From the human T2T-CHM13v2.0 reference genome, Homo sapiens, in assembly GCF_009914755.1 (NCBI RefSeq), contig NC_060933.1: 64,000 bases of DNA, one strand, 5' to 3'. Positions 1 through 14,500 of this stretch are shown here, piece after piece. The stretch's first letter is position 1, and the number at the start of each line of letters is the position of its first letter. Position numbers and translations under genes: made by a program. The notes under the pieces were generated by a model, which was not told the DNA's origin, made no database searches, and saw only the letters and a program-made list of their open reading frames with translations.

Positions 1-1027
1 AGTAAAGTAAAAGGAAAAAAAAAAAGGTCACAATGTAGTGTGGTAGCATAAAAGGGTCATCAATAATCCAATCTTCTCTTTTCTCAGTTTAGAGCTTGGG
101 AACAAAAGAATCATAGAATGTATAACACAATATAAAGATATGCAATACTAATTTCATCCTGAATTACATCTTCCATGTACAATGGATACATTCTTTCAAC
201 AACCCTCATCAACTCTTAATTCTTCGATAATTAAAAATAGCTGCATAAGGACAAGATTGCACTCCAAAATAAATACAATTAGTCGCTTAGAGAAGAATGC
301 CAAGAGTTTTCTAAGGATTCTTTGTTAGAATTATATTAAAAGCAATTTCTCCTGAACTGCTTGCAGGCTTGCTTTCTTATTCATCTTTACATCCAAAGAA
401 TTAATAAGCACATAGCACCCATTAAAAACATATTTGTGGGAGATATGGAGATGCTAGTTGGATGCTTGGCAAAGTTTCTAAAACATACATTCTTACAAAC
501 AGGGTACAGAAATAACTTAGGAATGGGCTTCTAGAATATAGGCCATAAATGGAGACATTAAATCAGTTGATAGAGAATGCCAATTTCAAGGAAATAAATG
601 GACTATTTTATTTAAGAAGGAAATAATTGTAATAGAAAATGTAGTGAGTTTCATGCTCCTTCTAGTCAGTAATTAGACTGTGAAGAGAGTTTCAGTGAAA
701 GTGTTTGTAAGGGTTTGCAAGACTTACTGTATGTTTTAATATGCCATCTAAAAATACAGAAACAATATTTTGGATAATGTTCTTATTCGTGAAATGCCAT
801 TAGCTTAGCATCCAGAAAATCTCAATAGACTAAATCTTGGTCACACACTCCATAAACCTTATAAGTGCAATTAATTGTTTTAACTTATTTACTTTTCATA
901 AACATCTAAGTCCTAGTCTCTACAAAAGATAAAAAGGAACTAGTTATATACTATAATTTCCCAATGAGATAGTGTCAAAGAACAGCCCCATTTTATATAG
1001 CTAGGTGGATAATTAACATACGCATGA

Positions 1028-1420
<393 letters not shown>

Positions 1421-3504
1421 TTATTTTCCAATTTTCTGTAACATTACAAATTTTTTTAATTTGTAATTTAATCAGTTTTTTCCTAGATTTTGGAGGAATC
1501 ACAATAATTGTGTACTTCTTGGTAACATTAGAGCAAAACTTGTTTTAGTATCCATGAATATCACATATCATTAGGGATTGTTTCTGCACATATTTCCAAC
1601 ATCTTATAGCTTAAATAAAATTTGTTCATTTTATAATGTTTTATATATTAGATCTCTGAACCCTTTCTATTGCATAGAATGGTTACTTTTAATTAAAAAT
1701 ATTTTATAAAAATAAATGTATATATATCATGTAATCTTACTATTACATATGTATGTGTGTGTGTACACAAACATATATGTATATATTAGAGAGAGAGAGT
1801 TCAGTAGTATAATACGGTAGACAGCTGCAACAATTAACTGGCCTTTGCAAAACAACTTTAGCATTGAAATTAAAAAATAATAAATTACCAAAGTGAAAAT
1901 ATTTCTTGCATTTCACAAGAGAAAATGCATGCTACAGCTTCTGATTTAAAATGTATATGCAAGACGTACATCCCTAGCCACTGGACAGGAGTATAGATTA
2001 GAGATAGGTAGTGGACATAGTAACAGGTGACTTTAGATGAGCTTTCTTCTGTGTACCTTTTGGCCGGGTTGATATCTAATGCACTGGGTGTACTTGAGAT
2101 TCATTATAAATACATATATTAAGATAAAATGTAGTAGTGAAATAGGAAATTTATTTATCAACAAGATCAAGGATGCAGTCCTCTGCCCATTCTACCCTTT
2201 CAAGTTATCTAACTTAAGAGAATAAGAATTGTATAGATGTGGAAGTAGTTGGAGAGAATTTTTATCCTTATTAAAAATAGATATGCACACCAATATTCAA
2301 CACCTTTATAAAAAAAATCCTATTTACAGCTCTAAAAAGCCACTATTAAATCACCGTAATCATGTGCTAGAGAACAGGTGTTTTAAATCACTAAATTTGG
2401 AAGTAAAGTGAAGTTGAAGGAGCATGTAGGAAGCTTTTTATTGGCTGATTGTGGCTGCAGTTTCCATGGCAATTCCACATGCACCCTGGTTCCCAAATCT
2501 TACTCTTTCAAAATGCAGTGGCAAATACTATTTATTATGAGGACAAAAAAAAAATGGGTCAAATTATCATCATTTGTTGAGCTAGAAGCAGTAATAGAAA
2601 TAGGAGCATGTATGGAACTCTCCTTTATTGTTTGCTCACATTTTTTGTCATCCGCATTCATTTATGCATATTTTCTGCGCCCTCTGCTGTTAACATATGT
2701 TACAAAAGAAAAATACCCCTAGGGCAACAGCTTGTTACAATAATCATCATTTATTGTGAAAAAAATGCTAGTCATACAAAACACAAGCCACACTTGATGT
2801 TTATGTTTAAAGAGTTACACATTTAGATATATTAAAATCAATATAAACTAACATTAACTGAATACTCCAAGGCCCTATAACATTGCAGTTTGAGTTGTAG
2901 TATGGCCCCTGTTTATTAAACTGAGCTTTATCATTAGAATTAGAACAGAAGAAAGAAATAGACTGAGAGTTGTGACTAAACAGCTCAGTTAAGAAAACTA
3001 AGAGGCAACGATGGGAATCTTAACCTGGCTCTACACAGGCAAGGACTTCTCTTGTCTTTTACTTAGCAAGAATACTCATATGTGGAGGCATTTTTAAAGT
3101 GGAGTATGCCTGAAAGAGTGTTGGGCTACAATCAAATAAAATTCAAATAATCCAATACCACTTTCTATAAGACATAAATTATAGTTCTAGTTGATTGCCT
3201 AAGGAGAGAAGCAGCCATGCTGATTCTAGTGAATTTAGATTTTGGTGAATCTGTAAAGACAGAAGGAATAAAAACACTTTTGGAGTAGAGATAGCAAGGA
3301 ACAGCAAGCAGTATTGGAGTTTCTACTTGTGATGACTTCATTGAGGAATTTAGAAGAATAGCTCTGATATGGAACATGTGGATTAAAAATAATTGTCTAC
3401 CAGAGCAGAAACAGAATAATAACCCACAGGTTGGAGCTATTTGGGCTGAAGAGAGGCATCCAGGTTAGAGATGAAACTGGGAGGACCTAGTGTAAACTAG
3501 GTCC

Positions 3505-3570
3505 AGTAATGTAATATAATGTAATTTCAGTAAGGTAAATTAAGTAATGTAAATTAAGTAAGGTAAAATT
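3505..3570. repeat. Short degenerate tandem repeat, ~14-bp unit agtaa(g/t)gtaaatta
   Basis: Three good copies at 3529-3570 plus degenerate copies upstream. Confidence 0.7.
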
Positions 3571-3696
3571 CTGTATCTCAAATTACATTTTTATAGAGTT
3601 TATATCTTGAGAGTCTCTCATCCTCAAGATGCTTATGTATCTTGAGTATCTGAGAGTGCTAAATTTCAACACTTAGAGTCAGAATCCAGGTTTTAA

Positions 3697-3990
3697 TTTT
3701 TTTTTTTTTTTGAGACAGAGTCTCGCTCTGTTGCCCAGACTGGAGTGCAGTGGTATGACCTTGGCTCACTGCAACCCTACCTCCCAGATTCAAGCAATTC
3801 TCCTCCCTCAGCCTCCGTAGTAGCTGAGATTATAGGCCCCTGCCACCACGCCAGCTAAATTTTTTGTATTTTTAGTAGAGACGGGGTTTCACTATGTCGG
3901 TCAGGCTGGTCTTGAAATCGTGACCTCGTGATCCGCCCACCTTGGCCTCCCAAAGTGCCGGGATTACAGGTGTGAGCCACCACGCCGGCC
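3697..3990 (-). mobile_element. Alu SINE, AluSg-like, probably inserted in a MIR remnant
   Basis: Poly-T then Alu reverse complement with gacctcgtgatcc; TSD ccaggtttt at 3686-3694 and 3991-3999; flanks weakly resemble MIR. Confidence 0.93.
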
Positions 3991-4314
3991 CCAGGTTTTG
4001 AATTTTGGCTTTTAGCTCAGTTACTTATTTCTGAGTTACAGTTTTCTATTTTGAAAATTGAAATGATTGTATCAATTTTGCATTTTTGCCATAATGATTA
4101 AAGACGATAATATATGTATTGTGTTATTTGAACAATGTAAATACTTATTATGTTTCCTTCTATTTTCTTCTGTCCTTCTGATTCCTTATCTGACTGATGC
4201 TGTGGGAAGTTAGCATAGTATAAGCACAGAGAAAAAGCCAAAAATTCCAGTGGTGAATTATTTAGAATATTTTCTCCTTCCTCCCTCCTCTTAGTAGCAA
4301 ACACTACATTAGAA

Positions 4315-4405
4315 AAAGGACTGGGGTATTATGAAAACTCTCTGTACTTTCCACTCCATTTTGCTGTGAACCTAAAACTGTTCTAAAAATAAAGTTTATT
4401 TTATG
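4315..4405 (+). mobile_element. L1MC/MD-type LINE extreme 3' end fragment
   Basis: aactctctgtactttcc...ttttgctgtgaacctaaaactgttctaaaaataaag matches the recalled L1MC/MD 3' terminus. Confidence 0.7.
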
Positions 4406-6964
4406 CTTTAAAAAGGCAGTGCAAAGTATCAATGCAGGAAACTGGCTCATGAAGTTCTTTGTTCTGGGAGCTGCTTCTGCCTATCTTTCATCAATCTCAT
4501 TGACACTTTCTATTTTTGTTTCTGGCAATAAACACCTAGTTCTTCAGAGTCTGCATCCATCTGTGCCATCTTTTGGACAAGGAAGTCTAGAAGCACAGAG
4601 TCTCTAAAGTTCTGGTGGTCAGATGTCTCATGGGTCCCTAGTGGTTTGTGGAGATGGGTCTTCAAAGCAGTGGTAAACATACTCTGTTAGCTTCTCTTAC
4701 CCCAGCCAAATCATTTTCCCATCAAAACCAATACTCACACTATGATCTCTGAAACTAAATTGCAAGGGGATACAGCAGCAGAATGTGTACTCCATATTTC
4801 TAACAAAATTACAATTCTGAATCTCTGTTAGGTCTTCTAGCCTTCTTTCTTCAAAGTCTAGAACTACATTTAGCCCCTTAGCATCCCTTATATTTCTGTT
4901 TTCCCTAGGTCATGTCCGTTTTTTGGTATTTAGAGAACAATAGCACTTAGAAGCCAACATTTTACCAAGTCCCAAGTCTTACCATCTCATCATGACTATT
5001 CCAGAAAGGGAAATGTATTTTAAAAGCATAAGAGGAAATGGTTTTTAAAGCCCCAGTCTTCCCTGGAACTAAGGGTTTTACAGCCAAGTCCTAAAAGAGA
5101 AGATATACTGTTCCATATTTTACGGTGGCTCCATTGTGTTTCCTCTAAAAAGACACTTGAGAAATTCAAGGAAGATGCTTAGAACAAATAAGGATTTAAT
5201 TTACCATTCTTAGCAGATGTCTCTGCCTTTGGTTAGAGAAAGGCCATCCAAGGAAGAGATAAATTAACCTTCCTCTCTCTTCTTCCTTAACCAGTTGCCT
5301 AATTTCATTTTTGGAAGAATGTAAACGATGCACATGGACTTCTCGATGCAGTTAACCAGAGGGATTATGATGAAGTATGGGGAGCATAATAGGCAGAGTA
5401 CAGCCTGAGTAAGATTCCCACATCCCCCTAACTCTCCACAAACACACAGACTCACACCTTACTGATGGCTTGCCCTGTGAGAATATCAGGCTGTGTAAGC
5501 ATATGCAGATCTTCAAAGGACGTGTCGCCATTGTGCATGCATTGCTGCATAGGAGATTCCTAATGAAGAAATACTGCAAATGTAATTTATTGTAATCCTT
5601 TATATGACTGCATCTCTATAGATCTTTAATATATATTTTATATTGTTCATATTTCTGGATTGAAGTTATTCGACTACATATATTTCCTTTACTTTTTTTG
5701 GTTTAAAGTCCAGGAAGTCCAGACATTTGTTTATGCTTTTGTTTATTTTAAATTTTCTGCATCCCTACCCATTCAAGAAATATTATTTAGTAAGTTCTAC
5801 ATTCCAAACACTGAGCTGAAAGAGAAGTAAAACATGATCTTTATCTCTAGGATCTCATAATGGTAAGCCATTTTGCATGCTTACTATGTGCTAGAGATAA
5901 AATTTTCATTTAAACATTAAATGTAAACATTAAAGAGGAAATATTTTATCCCATTTTACTTATATAGAAACCAAGAATCAAAAAGGATCAACCAAGGGCA
6001 TATCTCTGGAGGGAATCTCGGAACGGTTAGAATGGGAAGCTTATAAAAAGATACGTTACAATCTATCAAATATATAGAAAAGGAGAAAATAGATTTTAAA
6101 AAGTTGAAAAATAGACAACAAAAAATGAAAGAAAGTATCAGGAGGAAAAATATGAGGCTATATCCGCAGTACTTCCTCTATTTAACATGCTGTCAAGGTG
6201 GTAAATAGGCAAACATAAAGCTTTTCTAAGAAATACATGTCCAGAAACTAAACAAGAACTTTGGTGTATCAGCTTATTTCACCCAGAACTACAGTATAAG
6301 CATCAGTTTCAAAGTTATGAGATGTAGCAGCAGATATTTCTGATATGTTTATCCTGATCTTTAGACAATGTTTTCATACCATGTAAGTAGCCAAAAGATC
6401 ATCACCTTTTGTTTCTTGTGTGACTAATTGACATGCTTTTGAGCAACAGAAGTTCACTCAAATCACAACTGATAAGAAATTGTGTCGAGTGATTTGTTGC
6501 ATTTCCACTGCTATTACTCAGCTGATGGTGTCATAACAAAAACATATACCCTTTACTGAATTAAATCTTCCAAGTTCAATGTTTTGGAAGTTTTACATTG
6601 TCTAAAGATTTTAGATTAAAGATTGATTAAATATCCCTTTATCTGAAAAATAAATATTAATGTTATTGATCCCTCCAAAACTCTGAGGAAGAGTATAAGT
6701 TTTTTCTTTCTTGTTTCTAAGCTGGTGTCTCTTATGAATAAGAATAGTGCTTTCATATATTTATATCTTAGTTGTATAGAATTATGAAAGTGCTAGTTTC
6801 CTTATAGCTGTCCCTTTCTCTCATTGATCTTTGTTCTGTTACTTTCCCCAAATCGCTCCCATTTATTAAAGTTTTGAAAGCAGCAGGTTAAGTACACAAC
6901 TTTTACTTTCTTACATCATTCTCAAAAACAATCAGGAGAGTTTTTCTGCCCATTGTCAAGGTGG

Positions 6965-7220
6965 CACTAGGATGGAGCAAAAAAGATACAATCTTTGAAT
7001 TTAACTCTCCAGAGTCCAAATCTAATTTTAGAATTTTCTATCTGTGAGACTTTGTGCAAGTTACTTAAGTGTATCATGCTTCGGATTTTTTTTTTTTAAT
7101 CTTCAAGGAGTGAATAATGTTACTATTCTCCAACGGCTTTGTGAGGGATATATAAGACCTGTGTGTCATGCCTGGCCTACAACCAGAATCGTGCAGCTTT
7201 AAAATACTAAATGCTAGCTC
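6965..7220 (+). mobile_element. MIR SINE (degraded)
   Basis: Core-like ctgtgagactttgtgcaagttactta ... tttgtgagggat ... tgcctggc. Confidence 0.6.
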
Positions 7221-9135
7221 CCTCTGCTTTTAAAGGGCCCCTGAATAGGGGTCCTTTCTAGCAATTGGAGAAACCAAAAGACAATCTGGACAATTCAGGG
7301 ATTTGGGACTTGTGCATTCAGTTTTTACCTAGTCAGAGCTTTTTAAAGTACCACTTGGACCTGACCTTGGATGTGAGACAGTGTGTTTTAAAACATCAGA
7401 GAACTCGGCCTTCAGTATTTATCAGATGAATCTGAAATAACAACTGCTAGGTTCTGTAGAAGGATTCTGCTGGCTCTCTGATTTTAGACAATACTCACAG
7501 TCGATCTTCCCAGATTCCTAAATAGTAAAATGAGGTATTAGGTAATATCAATGAGGGCATGATAGAAATCTGTGGCTTTGCTGCTCCTTCTAGAGCCTCT
7601 AGCAGAAATATCTGATCTACTGCAAAGGAAGCAGCTTGCTGAGAAGGAGCCTCAAAATGCTGTTCAACACTTCACGTGTGTTGGGAATGTAGGTTGGTTA
7701 TTTGTCAGTACTTGGGTTCTACAATTCCTTAGCTCCCTTCCAATTTTTAATTGCACACTCTGTGATTATTATTATTATGAGGCTCATTTGTTATACTGTG
7801 TTAGAGTTACAGCCTCAAGGGTCAATCAAGTGCATATGACTCTTTGTCCCAGCCTACTGTGCTTTTTTATTCTTCTGTTTGCTCTATAAATATGAAGATT
7901 ATTAGCCATAAAGCAGTCAAAATTTGGGGAATGTCTGCCAAAAATCATGATTAGTTTTATAACCAATGATCTATAGTCCTTCTTCTGGTAGTAATTAGAC
8001 AAATCAATCTACACTAGTGGAAATAATATAACCATGTCTTATAAAGAAGAAAAAAATGCCGATATTTTTCTTTATCGGACTCCTTGCAAATAAGTGAAAC
8101 AGTGATATCAAGTCACTGTGACAAAATTTAACAAAGGTGAGAATTGCTCATAAGTCATCCTTTTTATACACCCGCTATAGTTTGTTACTGTTTCATTTAA
8201 GCTATCATTCTATTGAAGATTCACATGTTGTAGGTTTTAGGAAAGAATCATTAGGAGGGGTCAATATTGGGTTCCCACAATTTAGCCTATGGCTTATTTC
8301 TATCCAAATAATGTAAGATGAAAGAAAGGTTAATAAACACAGAAAAACACCATATGCTATTCCAACTAGATTATTTAACACTATGACAAAGCTTACAAGT
8401 AATGGAAGAATTATCACTAAAACCCATTTGTCCTTCATTTATAAGACTGTCTCAAGTTTAAAATTTACTATTCAATTATCTGGAATTTTTTCTGGTTAGA
8501 CTTCATTTTTAGAACAGGTTTAGATTAACAAATAGTTGTAAATATATTCCCAATATGTTTGGCATACAATTTTCTCTATTATCAGCATCTTAACATTAGT
8601 ATGACAGATTTGTTAAGGAAAATGTATCAATATTGATACATTATTATTAACTAAAAGTCATAATTTATTCAAATTTCCTGAGTTTGACCTAATGCTCTCA
8701 ACCTGTTGCAAGGTCCCATCCAGGATGACACATTCCATTTAGTCGTCATCTCTTTAAGGCTTATCTTGACTGTGACAGTCTTTCAGACTTTCCTTGTTTT
8801 AGATGATGTGCACAGTCTTGAGGAATTCTTGCCAGATATATTGCAGGATGTCTCTCTGTTGGAATTATCTGATGTTTTTCTCATGATTTGACAGAGGTTA
8901 AGAGTCTTTAGAAAGATGATCACAGAGATAGTGCCATTATTAGCACATCATTTCAAGAGTACACACCATCAAAAGGATTTATGACTGATGATATTGACCT
9001 TAATTACCTGTGGTATTGGTTGTGTTTCTCCATTGTAAAGGTGCTTTTATTTTCCCCCTTTCCATATTGTAATTTTTTGAAGGTATCACTACATACATAT
9101 AAGAGGTGGGGAGTTATATCCCCCTGTTTTAGGGC

Positions 9136-11294
9136 TGTATTAGTCAATTGTCACAGTGCTATAAAGATACTACCTGAGACTGAATAATTTATAAACAAAT
9201 GAGGTTTAATTGACTCACAGTTCTGCTTGGCTAGGGAGGCATTGAGAAACTTATAATCATGGGAGAAGACAAAGGGGAAGCAAGCATGTCTTACCTGGTG
9301 ACAGGAGAGAGAGAGCGAGATCAGGGGAAACTGTCATTTTAAACCATCAGATCTCACGAGAATTAACTATTATGAGAACAACATGGGAGAAACTGCCCCC
9401 ATGATCCAATTAACTCCCACTAGGTCCCTCTCTCAACATGTTGGGATTGCAATTTGAGATGATATTTGAGTTGGGGTACAGAACCAAATTATATAATTCC
9501 ACCCTGACCCCTCCCAAATCTCATGTCCTTCTCACATTGCAAAATACAATTATCCCTTCCCAACTGTCCTCCCAAGTCTTAACTCATTCTAGCATTAACC
9601 CAACAGTCCAAGTCCAAAGTTTCATCTGAGACAAGGCAAGTCTCTTCTGCCTATGAGTCTGTAAAACCAAAAGCAAGTTAGTTGCTTCCAAGATACAATG
9701 GGTTACAGGCATTGGGTAAATGATCCCATTCCAAATAGGAGATATTAGCCAAAACAAAGAGTCTATAGGGCCCATATAAGTTGGAAATCCAGCAGGGCAG
9801 TCATTAAATTTTAAAGCTCCAGGATAATCTCCTTTGACTCTGTGTCTCACATCCAGAGCACACTGATGCAAGATGTGGACCCCCAAGGCCTTAGTCAGCT
9901 CCAACCCTATGGCTCTACAGGGTACAGCTCCTGCAGCTGCTTTGATGTGGTGGCATTGAATGCCTGCAACTTTTCCAAGTGCACAGTGCAAACTGTCAAT
10001 GGATCTGCTATTGCAGGGTCTGCAACATAGTGGCCCTCTCCTCACAGCTCCACTTGGCCATGCCCCAGTGGGGATTCTGTGTGGGGCCTCCAACACCACA
10101 TTTCTTCTCTGCATTGCCCTAGTAGAAGTTCTTCATGAGGGCTCCACCCCTGCAGCAGACTTCTGCCTGAACATCCAGACATTTCCATACATCCAGTGAA
10201 ATCTAGGCTGAGGTTCTCAAACCTCAACTTTTGTCTTCTGTGCACCCACTGGCCTGATACCATGTGGAAGCTGCCAAGGCTTGGGGCTGGCACTGTCTGA
10301 AGCCACAACCCAAGCTGTACATTGGCCCCTTTTAGCCATGGCTGGAGCTGGAGTGGCTGGGACACAGGGTGCCATATCCTGAGGCTGCAAAGAGTAGCAG
10401 AGCCCTGGGTCTGACCCATAAAACAACTTATCCCCCTAGACCTCCAGTCCAGTGATGGGAGTGGCTTCCTTGAAGATCTCTGAAATGCCCTGGGAATGTT
10501 TTCCCTATTATCTTGGCTATTAACATTTGGCTCCTGTTTACTTATGCAAATTTCTGCAGCTGGCTTAAATTTTTTCCCAGAAAATGCATTTTTCTTTTCT
10601 ACCTCATGGTTAGCCTGCAAATTTCCCAAACTTTTGTGCTCTGCTTTGCTTTTAAATAAAAGTTCCAGTTTCAGATAATCTCTTTGTGAATGCAGATGCC
10701 TGAATACTTTCAGAATCAGCCAGGTCACCTCCTAAATGTTTTGCTGCTTAGAAATTTCTTCCATCAGATACCCTAAATCATCTCTCTCAAGTTCAAAGTT
10801 CCATAGATCTCTAGGGCAGGAGTAAAATGCTACTAGTCTCTTTGCCAAAGCATAGCAAGCATGACCTTTACTCCAGTTCCCAATCAGTTCTTTTTCTCTG
10901 TCTGAGACCACCTCAGCCTGGACTTCATTGTTTATATCACAATTAGTGTTTGGGCCAAAACCATTCAACAGGTCTCTAGGAAGTTCTAAACTTTCCCACA
11001 TCTTCCTGTCTTTTTCTGAGCTCTCCAAACTGTTCCAACTTCTGCCAGTTACCCAATTCCAACGTCACTTCCACCTTTTTAGGTATCTTTATAGTAGTAC
11101 CCAACACTTGGTACCAATTTTCAGTATTAGTCTGTTCTCACACTGCTATAAAGATACTACCAGAGACTAAGTAACTTATAAACAAAAGAGGTTTAATTGA
11201 CTCACAGTTCTTCATGTCTGGTAAATCCTCAGGGAACTTACAATCATGGCAGAAGGCAAAGGGGAAGCAATACACATCTTACATGGCAATAGGG

Positions 11295-11340
<46 letters not shown>

Positions 11341-11519
11341 AGGGGAAACTGCCACTTTTAAACCATCAGATCTCATGAGAACTCCCTCACTATCACGAGA
11401 ACAGCATGGGGGAAACCACCCCCATGATCCAATTACCTCCAACCCGGTTCCTCCCTGGACAAATGGGGATTACAATTCAAGATGAGATTTGGTTGGGGAC
11501 ATAGAGCTGAACCATATCA
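9136..11519 (-). mobile_element. THE1D-type MaLR provirus (LTR-internal-LTR)
   Basis: Two homologous LTRs at 9136-9496 and 11123-11519 flank a ~1.6-kb THE1/MST internal region; 5-bp TSD agggc/aggac at 9131-9135 and 11520-11524. Confidence 0.92.
11297..11338. repeat. (GA)21 microsatellite inside the THE1D LTR
   Basis: Direct reading. Confidence 0.95.
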
Positions 11520-14500
11520 AGGACAAACATCAACATACATTATTTAGAATTTTTCTATGAAAGAGATTTGTTTCTTCTTCTCCGTTTATTAATTTAATTA
11601 TATCAGTATAGACTCATGGATATTTATTTTATACCTTGGGCTCTTACTACTATTTTTGGTTGCTCAAATTGTCTCAGGTTTGGAAACTGGGATTTCTTTC
11701 TGTCTGCTCATTAGCTCCTTTAATAAACAGCATCAATGTTGTTATTTATTTATTTATTTAGTTAGTTAGTTAGTTTTAGTGCTTTATTTCATATACCCAC
11801 CAAATAGCTTCCTGAAATTTAGACTGAGATTGTGTGGAGTCTATAGAGTCAGGTTAAGAAGAATGGACATATTAGAAATATTGTATCTTTCAATCCATTA
11901 ACATGGAATATCGCTCCATTTACTTAGATTTTCTTTTATTTCTTTCATCAGTTTTGTACTATTCTGTACATTTTGTAGATTCTGTATGTACTTTGTTAAA
12001 TTTATACTTCAGTCTTTTATTATTGGTGCTATTATAAATGGCATTGTGATTTAAATTTCAAATTACAATTATTTATTACTATAATACAGAAAGCAATTGA
12101 CATTTCTATTTTAACCTTGTACTTACTGTAAGCCATAGAATAGTTTATTAGTTTGAGGAATTTTGTGTGTGGATTCTTTGGAGTTTTCTATATAGACAAT
12201 TATATTATCTTTGAATAGAGAGTTTTCTTTCTTACTTTTCAATCTTTATATACATATTTTTATTTCCTTCTCTTATCTTTTGCACTAACTAGGTTTTACA
12301 TTATGATGTTGAATAGGAGTAGAGAGCAGGGACACCCGTGTATTTTCCCCGATGTTAGAGAGAAAACATTTAGTTTCTTATCATTAAGTGTAAATTAGTT
12401 GTAGATTTTCGGGGAAGGAGGTAGATATCGAGTTGAGAAGTTCCACTCTATTACTACTTTACTGAAAGTTTTTATAATGAGGGAGTGTTGGATTTTGTCA
12501 TCTTTTTATGCATCAATTAAAATGATTCTATAACTTTTACTTAGCCTGCTGATGTGCTTGATTATGTTAAATGAATACGTTCCACTTTGTGGTGGTATAC
12601 AATTATTTTTATACGTTGTCAGAATAAATTTGCTTATATTTTATTCAAGATTTTTGCATCTATATTCATTAGAGATATTGGTGTATGGTTTTTATTATTG
12701 TGATTTAATTAATTTTGTTATTAATGTTGGCCTCATAAAATGAGTTAGCAAGTGTTCTTTCTGCTTCTATCTTCTGGAAGATATTGCAAATAATTGGTAA
12801 AATTTCTTCCTTAAATTTTTGGTAGAATTAATCAATGCAACCATCTGGGCCTAGTGGTTTCCTTTTGGCGGGTTACTAATTGTTGATTCAACTTTTTGAT
12901 AGATCTATATGGCTATTTAATTCTTCTGTTTCTCTTTATTTGAGTTTTGGTACTTCATATCTTTCAAAGAATCAGTCCCTTTCATCATAGTTATCAAATT
13001 TGTGATCATAGAATTGTTTATAATATCCCTTTATTGTCCATTTTAATGTCCATGGGATAAGTAGCAGTTATGACCCTTTTTCTATTTTAATATTAATAAT
13101 TTTTGTCTTCTCTCTTTTTTGCTGATTATCTTGAATTAGTGGTTTATCCATTCTATTTATCTTTTCAGGTAAACTGTTTTTTATCTTATCGACTTTTTCT
13201 ATAATTTGCCTGTTTTTAATTTTATTTTTTCTTTTCTAATTTGCATTATTTCTTTCTTCTGTTTGCTTTAGTCTTAGTATTTTTATTCTGTTCTAAGATG
13301 GAAGCTTAAGCTATAGATTTTAGATCTTTCTTCTTGCCTAATAAATGAATTGGATGCTATAAATTTTTCTCTAGTAACTGCCTTTGCTGCATCCCACAAG
13401 TTTTGATAGGTTGTATTTCTGTTTTCATTTAGTTTATTTTCTTAAATTACCATAAGACTTCTTTTTTGACTCATATGTTATTTAAAATTATATTGTTTAA
13501 TCTCAAAATATTTAGCAATATTATCACTATCTTTCTGTTTTTGATTTCTTGCTTAATTCCTTTGTGGCTTGAAGAAGTAATTTGTATGATTTCTATGGTT
13601 TTAAATTTGATGTGATATGTTCTTTTGACCCAGAATAGGGTCTATCATGGAGATTATTCTATGTGAGTTTGGAAGAAGTATGTATTCCAGTATTGTTAGA
13701 TTTAATATTCTATAAATGTCAATTAGATCAAGTTGATTGAAAGTCAACTATATCTTTTTATGTCTTACGCCTACTGAATACATCAACCACTAAAAGAGGG
13801 TTGAGGAAGTCTCCAACTGTAACAGTAGCTTTGTCTATTTCTCCTTCTAGTACTATCAATTTTATCTCCTGTATTTTGGCTCTCTGGTGTTAGGTATATG
13901 CACATTAAAGATTGTTATGTCTGATTGGAAAATTGACTCCTTTATAATGATGTAATGCTTCTCTTATCACTGATAATTTTTTTGGGGGTTGAAGTCTTCT
14001 CTTTCTTAAATTAATAAAATGTCTCTCAAGTTCTTTTGATTAGTGTTAGCATTGTGTATCTTTCTCAGTCCCTTTACTTTTCACATAAATGTGTCTTTTA
14101 ACATAAAAGTGTCTCTGTCTTTTAATTTATGTATTTAGATTATTCACATTTAAAATGATTATTTATATGGTTACATTAACATTTACCATGTTTATAACTG
14201 TTCAAATCATTGTACTTTTTTTGTTAATAGCTTTTTTTCTTTTCTGCCTTCTCTGATTTTAAAAGAACATTTTAGATGATTGCATTTTCTCTTCTCCCTT
14301 AGTAAAACAATTATACTTCTTTTTAGAAAATTTTAGTGGCATTCCTAGAGTTTGCAATATACATTTTCAACTAATCTAAGTTCATTTTCAAATATTACTA
14401 TACCATTTCATGTGTAATGCAGGTACTTAGAAGGCTTTTTCTAATTCCTTTCTCCTACCTCTTATATCATTGTCAGCATTTATTTTTATCCCTATGTTAT

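Noticed and set aside
3483-3504. Perfect 9-bp hairpin with a GTAA loop; similar short stems at 7232-7257, 44824-44848 and 61084-61108
   Set aside because: Stems of 9-11 bp are near chance expectation in 64 kb of AT-rich DNA, and the 44.8-kb one is largely part of the MER34-type LTR. Intrinsic terminators are not relevant in this genome.
4440-5150. Possible ancient ERVL internal fragment or processed pseudogene
   Set aside because: I see no recognisable protein similarity or consensus match that I can support without a search.
5457-5560. Possible minus-strand coding exon (ESPMQQCMHNGDTSFEDLHMLTQPDILTGQAISK)
   Set aside because: The peptide is unrecognised, the splice signals are mediocre and no partner exons were found.
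10042-10728. 228-aa ORF, the longest in the window
   Set aside because: It lies wholly within the THE1 internal region and is a decayed MaLR frame, not a host gene.
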